A DNA stretch of 29,865 nucleotides. Source: an uncultured Candidatus Saccharibacteria bacterium (GTDB lineage Bacteria; Patescibacteriota; Saccharimonadia; Saccharimonadales; AWTP1-31). The notes beneath the pieces were generated by a model. It saw only the letters and a program-made list of their open reading frames with translations. It did no database searches and was not told where the DNA came from. Positions 27,480-29,865 of this stretch are shown in pieces; the stretch's first letter is position 1, and every line of letters begins with the position of its first letter. Position numbers and translations under genes: made by a program. Location of the stretch: NCBI GenBank assembly GCA_964553355.1, contig CAZKKJ010000002.1:1-29865 (forward strand). The letters run 5' to 3'.

Positions 27480-27508
27480 ATTATAGCAATAAGGGGCATA
27501 AATGTCAA
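27480..27508 (-). promoter_or_regulatory. Consensus sigma70 promoter
   Basis: TTGACA-N17-TATAAT with TG extended -10 on the minus strand. Confidence 0.85.
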
Positions 27509-27520
27509 TACCTGTTATGC

Positions 27521-27549
27521 TTGCCATCAGAGGTAGCATAAGGTATACT
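27521..27549 (+). promoter_or_regulatory. Sigma70 promoter for rpmF
   Basis: TTGCCA-N17-TATACT, divergent from the previous promoter. Confidence 0.7.
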
Positions 27550-27594
27550 TTGTCTAACTTTATTAACATAATTTAACAGGAGTTCTGTTTTTCT

Positions 27595-27744
27595 ATGGGT
27601 AAACCAAAGAAGCGAACCAGTCCCCGTCGTACCGGCACCCGCCGCAGCCATCTTGTGCTTAAGCTGGCACGTGCTGTGAATGGTAAATCACCGGTAAAGG
27701 TATTTACTACCCGACGCGAGAGTTCCAAAACACTCAGCAAATAA
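27595..27744 (+). CDS. rpmF: 50S ribosomal protein L32 (49 aa, Cys-free; absent from ORF track)
   Basis: MGKPKKRTSPRRTGTRRSHL matches the L32 N-terminal PK(K/R)xTS..R...RRSH pattern. AGGAG lies upstream. Confidence 0.88.
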   Translation: MGKPKKRTSPRRTGTRRSHLVLKLARAVNGKSPVKVFTTRRESSKTLSK

Positions 27745-27821
27745 TAAGCTGCGAAGTTTATTATCGGGTTATAATGGTTATGTCTACAAACCTCGGTTTG
27801 TAGCAGATAGGATTTAACAAT

Positions 27822-28322
27822 ATGGCATCAAACCGTCACCTCGGTCGTATCCTGGCACTCCAGACGCTCTACGAGTACGATTTTCGTCGTGACTGCGGTG
27901 ATGAAGCTGTAGAGTTAACAGAAATCCTAGAGCGCAACATCGAACGCTATGCCAAAACGGTAGACGACAAAGCATTTATCGCACGCCTTTCAGAGGGCGT
28001 AACAAAGCTTATAGAGGATCTTGATGCCGTCTTACAGCCTATTGCGCCCGAGTGGCCCATTGCTCAGATCGCACGCATGGACCGCATGGTACTACGTTTA
28101 AGCTTATACGAGTTACTGTGCGAGAGTGATGTTCCACCGAAAGTAGTCATAAACGAAGCCGTAGAATTGTCTAAAGCTTTTGGTGGAGAGAATAGCTCTA
28201 AGTTCATCAACGGCGTACTCGGAACCGTTTTGCGTAAACTCGAAGAAAAATCCTTAGAACTCCCAGTAAGTCTGCAACTCAAGAAAACTACCAGCAGCCC
28301 TCAGAAAGGGGCCACAAAATGA
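27822..28322 (+). CDS. nusB: Transcription antitermination factor NusB
   Basis: RH..R.LALQTLYE, DRMVLRL..YE, PPKVVINEAVELSKAFG..NSSKFINGVLG. Confidence 0.95.
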   Translation: MASNRHLGRILALQTLYEYDFRRDCGDEAVELTEILERNIERYAKTVDDKAFIARLSEGVTKLIEDLDAVLQPIAPEWPIAQIARMDRMVLRLSLYELLCESDVPPKVVINEAVELSKAFGGENSSKFINGVLGTVLRKLEEKSLELPVSLQLKKTTSSPQKGATK

Positions 28323-28867
28323 AGCGACCTCCAGATATGAAAGGACCTTTCAAAAAGCCTTTCCAAAATTTTAAGAAATACGTCAAGCGTCGCCCCGCTA
28401 TTAGCGAGGTCTTGCGCGAACCTACCGCCGGTGGCGTTATTTTTCGCCGTGATAAAGAAGGCAAGATAGAAATCTTGCTTATTCAGGATGCTAAAGACCG
28501 CTGGACTATACCAAAAGGTCATATGGAAGAGGGCGAAGACGCCAAGCAAACCGCCGAGCGTGAAGTAGGCGAAGAGACCGGGCTCAAAGAAGTTAAAGTA
28601 CTCAACTGGCTGGGAAAGATTAACTTCCGATACCGTCGTACTAATAGTCTTGTACTAATATCTCAGGAAATATTTCTCGTCCAGGCGCTTGGCGACACCG
28701 ACGACATTACTCCGGAAGATTGGATGAATGGCATCAAATGGTTCCCAGCCGCCGAAGCGCTAGACAAAATTGAGTATGACGACATTCAAAAGCTTATACT
28801 CCTGGCCCTCAAGAAGATACGTGATGATAAACTAGGCCTAGAACATAATAAAGGACCCGCTCAATAA
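28319..28867 (+). CDS. NUDIX hydrolase
   Basis: Nudix box GHMEEGEDAKQTAEREVGEETG, AGGVIF, WTIPKG. The true start may be a few codons later. Confidence 0.9.
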   Translation: MKRPPDMKGPFKKPFQNFKKYVKRRPAISEVLREPTAGGVIFRRDKEGKIEILLIQDAKDRWTIPKGHMEEGEDAKQTAEREVGEETGLKEVKVLNWLGKINFRYRRTNSLVLISQEIFLVQALGDTDDITPEDWMNGIKWFPAAEALDKIEYDDIQKLILLALKKIRDDKLGLEHNKGPAQ

Positions 28868-29568
28868 TGGACCATTCCGCATATATTGCCTTTGCTAAAG
28901 AAAAGCTAGGCGTTGATTTTAAAGATATTCAAAAGCTTGTAACCGCTTTTACCCATCGCTCTTATGTAAACGAGCACCGCAAGACTGCCAGCGAGCATAA
29001 CGAGCGCCTGGAGTTCCTTGGTGATGCCGTATTAGAATTAGTAGTTACCAGCTATCTATTCGAAAACTTTAAAGATCCCGAAGGTGTACTCACCAACTGG
29101 CGAAGTTCTTTGGTGCGCACCGAAAGTATCGGGGCTGCTGCCAGCAGATATGATTTTGAGCCGCTGTTGCGACTAAGCCGTGGTGAGCGACGTGGTACAG
29201 ACCGTGCTCGGGCACAAATACTAGCTAATAGCTACGAAGCTGTTGTCGGTGCACTGTACCTAGACCAAGGTTACCAAGCCGCCAGTGACTTTATTCACAA
29301 AAGTCTTATTACTACCTTCCAGGACATCCTAGACACCGGCTCGTGGATGGATCCTAAGTCTCATTTTCAGGAAGCTGCCCAGAGCCGCGAAGGTTCCACT
29401 CCAGTTTACAAAGTACTCTCAGAAGAAGGTCCCGACCACGACAAAGTCTTTACCGTTGGAGTATATGTAAACGGTAAGCTCAAAGGCCAAGGCACTGGCC
29501 CCAGCAAGCAAGCTGGCCAACAAAAAGCCGCCGAAGTCGCCCTCGCTGCCTACAAGATAGCCGACTAG
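28867..29568 (+). CDS. rnc: Ribonuclease III
   Basis: AFTHRS, HNERLEFLGDAVL signature, C-terminal dsRBD (DPKSHFQE...GPDHDKVF...G.GPSK..QQKAA). Confidence 0.97.
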   Translation: MDHSAYIAFAKEKLGVDFKDIQKLVTAFTHRSYVNEHRKTASEHNERLEFLGDAVLELVVTSYLFENFKDPEGVLTNWRSSLVRTESIGAAASRYDFEPLLRLSRGERRGTDRARAQILANSYEAVVGALYLDQGYQAASDFIHKSLITTFQDILDTGSWMDPKSHFQEAAQSREGSTPVYKVLSEEGPDHDKVFTVGVYVNGKLKGQGTGPSKQAGQQKAAEVALAAYKIAD

Positions 29569-29597
29569 TTGACAACTGAGGTCGTAATCTGTAAAAT
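29569..29597 (+). promoter_or_regulatory. Sigma70 promoter for rpsP
   Basis: TTGACA-N17-TAAAAT immediately after the rnc stop. Confidence 0.8.
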
Positions 29598-29668
29598 AGG
29601 TTCAAGAGTTTTTATTAATTTTAAGTAATTAACTTTGTAAGAGACAAGAAAGAAAAGACACCTACAAT

Positions 29669-29865
29669 ATGCTAGCTATTCGAATGCAACGAACCGGACG
29701 AAAAGGACACGCGATGTTTCGCGTTGTGGTCCAAGATTCTCACGTAACTCCTACCAGTGGTAAGGTGGTTGCTCAAATCGGTCACTACGATCCTCACACC
29801 AAAGCCGTGTCCGTTGATAAAGAAAAGGCTAGCTTTTACCTAACTAACGGTGCTCAGCCATCTGA
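29669..29865 (+). CDS. rpsP: 30S ribosomal protein S16 (partial, runs off window)
   Basis: MLAIRMQRTGRKGHAMFRVVVQDS...SGKVVAQIGHYDP...YLTNGAQPS. Confidence 0.95.
   Translation, partial: MLAIRMQRTGRKGHAMFRVVVQDSHVTPTSGKVVAQIGHYDPHTKAVSVDKEKASFYLTNGAQPS

Noticed and set aside
27471-27569. Longer start for the 26913 ORF
   Set aside because: The extension spans two divergent promoters and contains the gene's own -35/-10.

Overview
Compact, mostly housekeeping chromosomal region, genetic code 11. It most resembles a Patescibacteria (CPR) genome, probably Saccharibacteria; this is inferred from protein style, tight gene packing and a short Cys-free L32. Core genes are lemA, htpX, ligA, rarA, murF, ddl, leuS, rpmF, nusB, rnc, a partial rpsP, and tRNA-Cys(GCA), tRNA-Leu(TAA) and tRNA-Ala(GGC). 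The standout is a 2179-aa surface protein. It has three NHL beta-propellers, each inserted inside an FN3-like domain, plus DUF11/Ig domains, and ends in a histidine-kinase module with a duplicated TM-His-box unit split by a membrane hairpin. No response regulator lies in the window. Other notable items: a pssA-psd phospholipid head-group pair, an 845-aa secreted beta-helix protein behind a candidate structured RNA, an M15/LAS-type metallopeptidase after murF-ddl, a probable IS200/IS605 right end at the window edge, two broken genes (DUF1428, HNH), a tRNA-Ala with a compensatory A19:U56 elbow pair, a divergent LeuS, and several apparently leaderless genes. All family assignments are from motif recognition by eye, not database searches.
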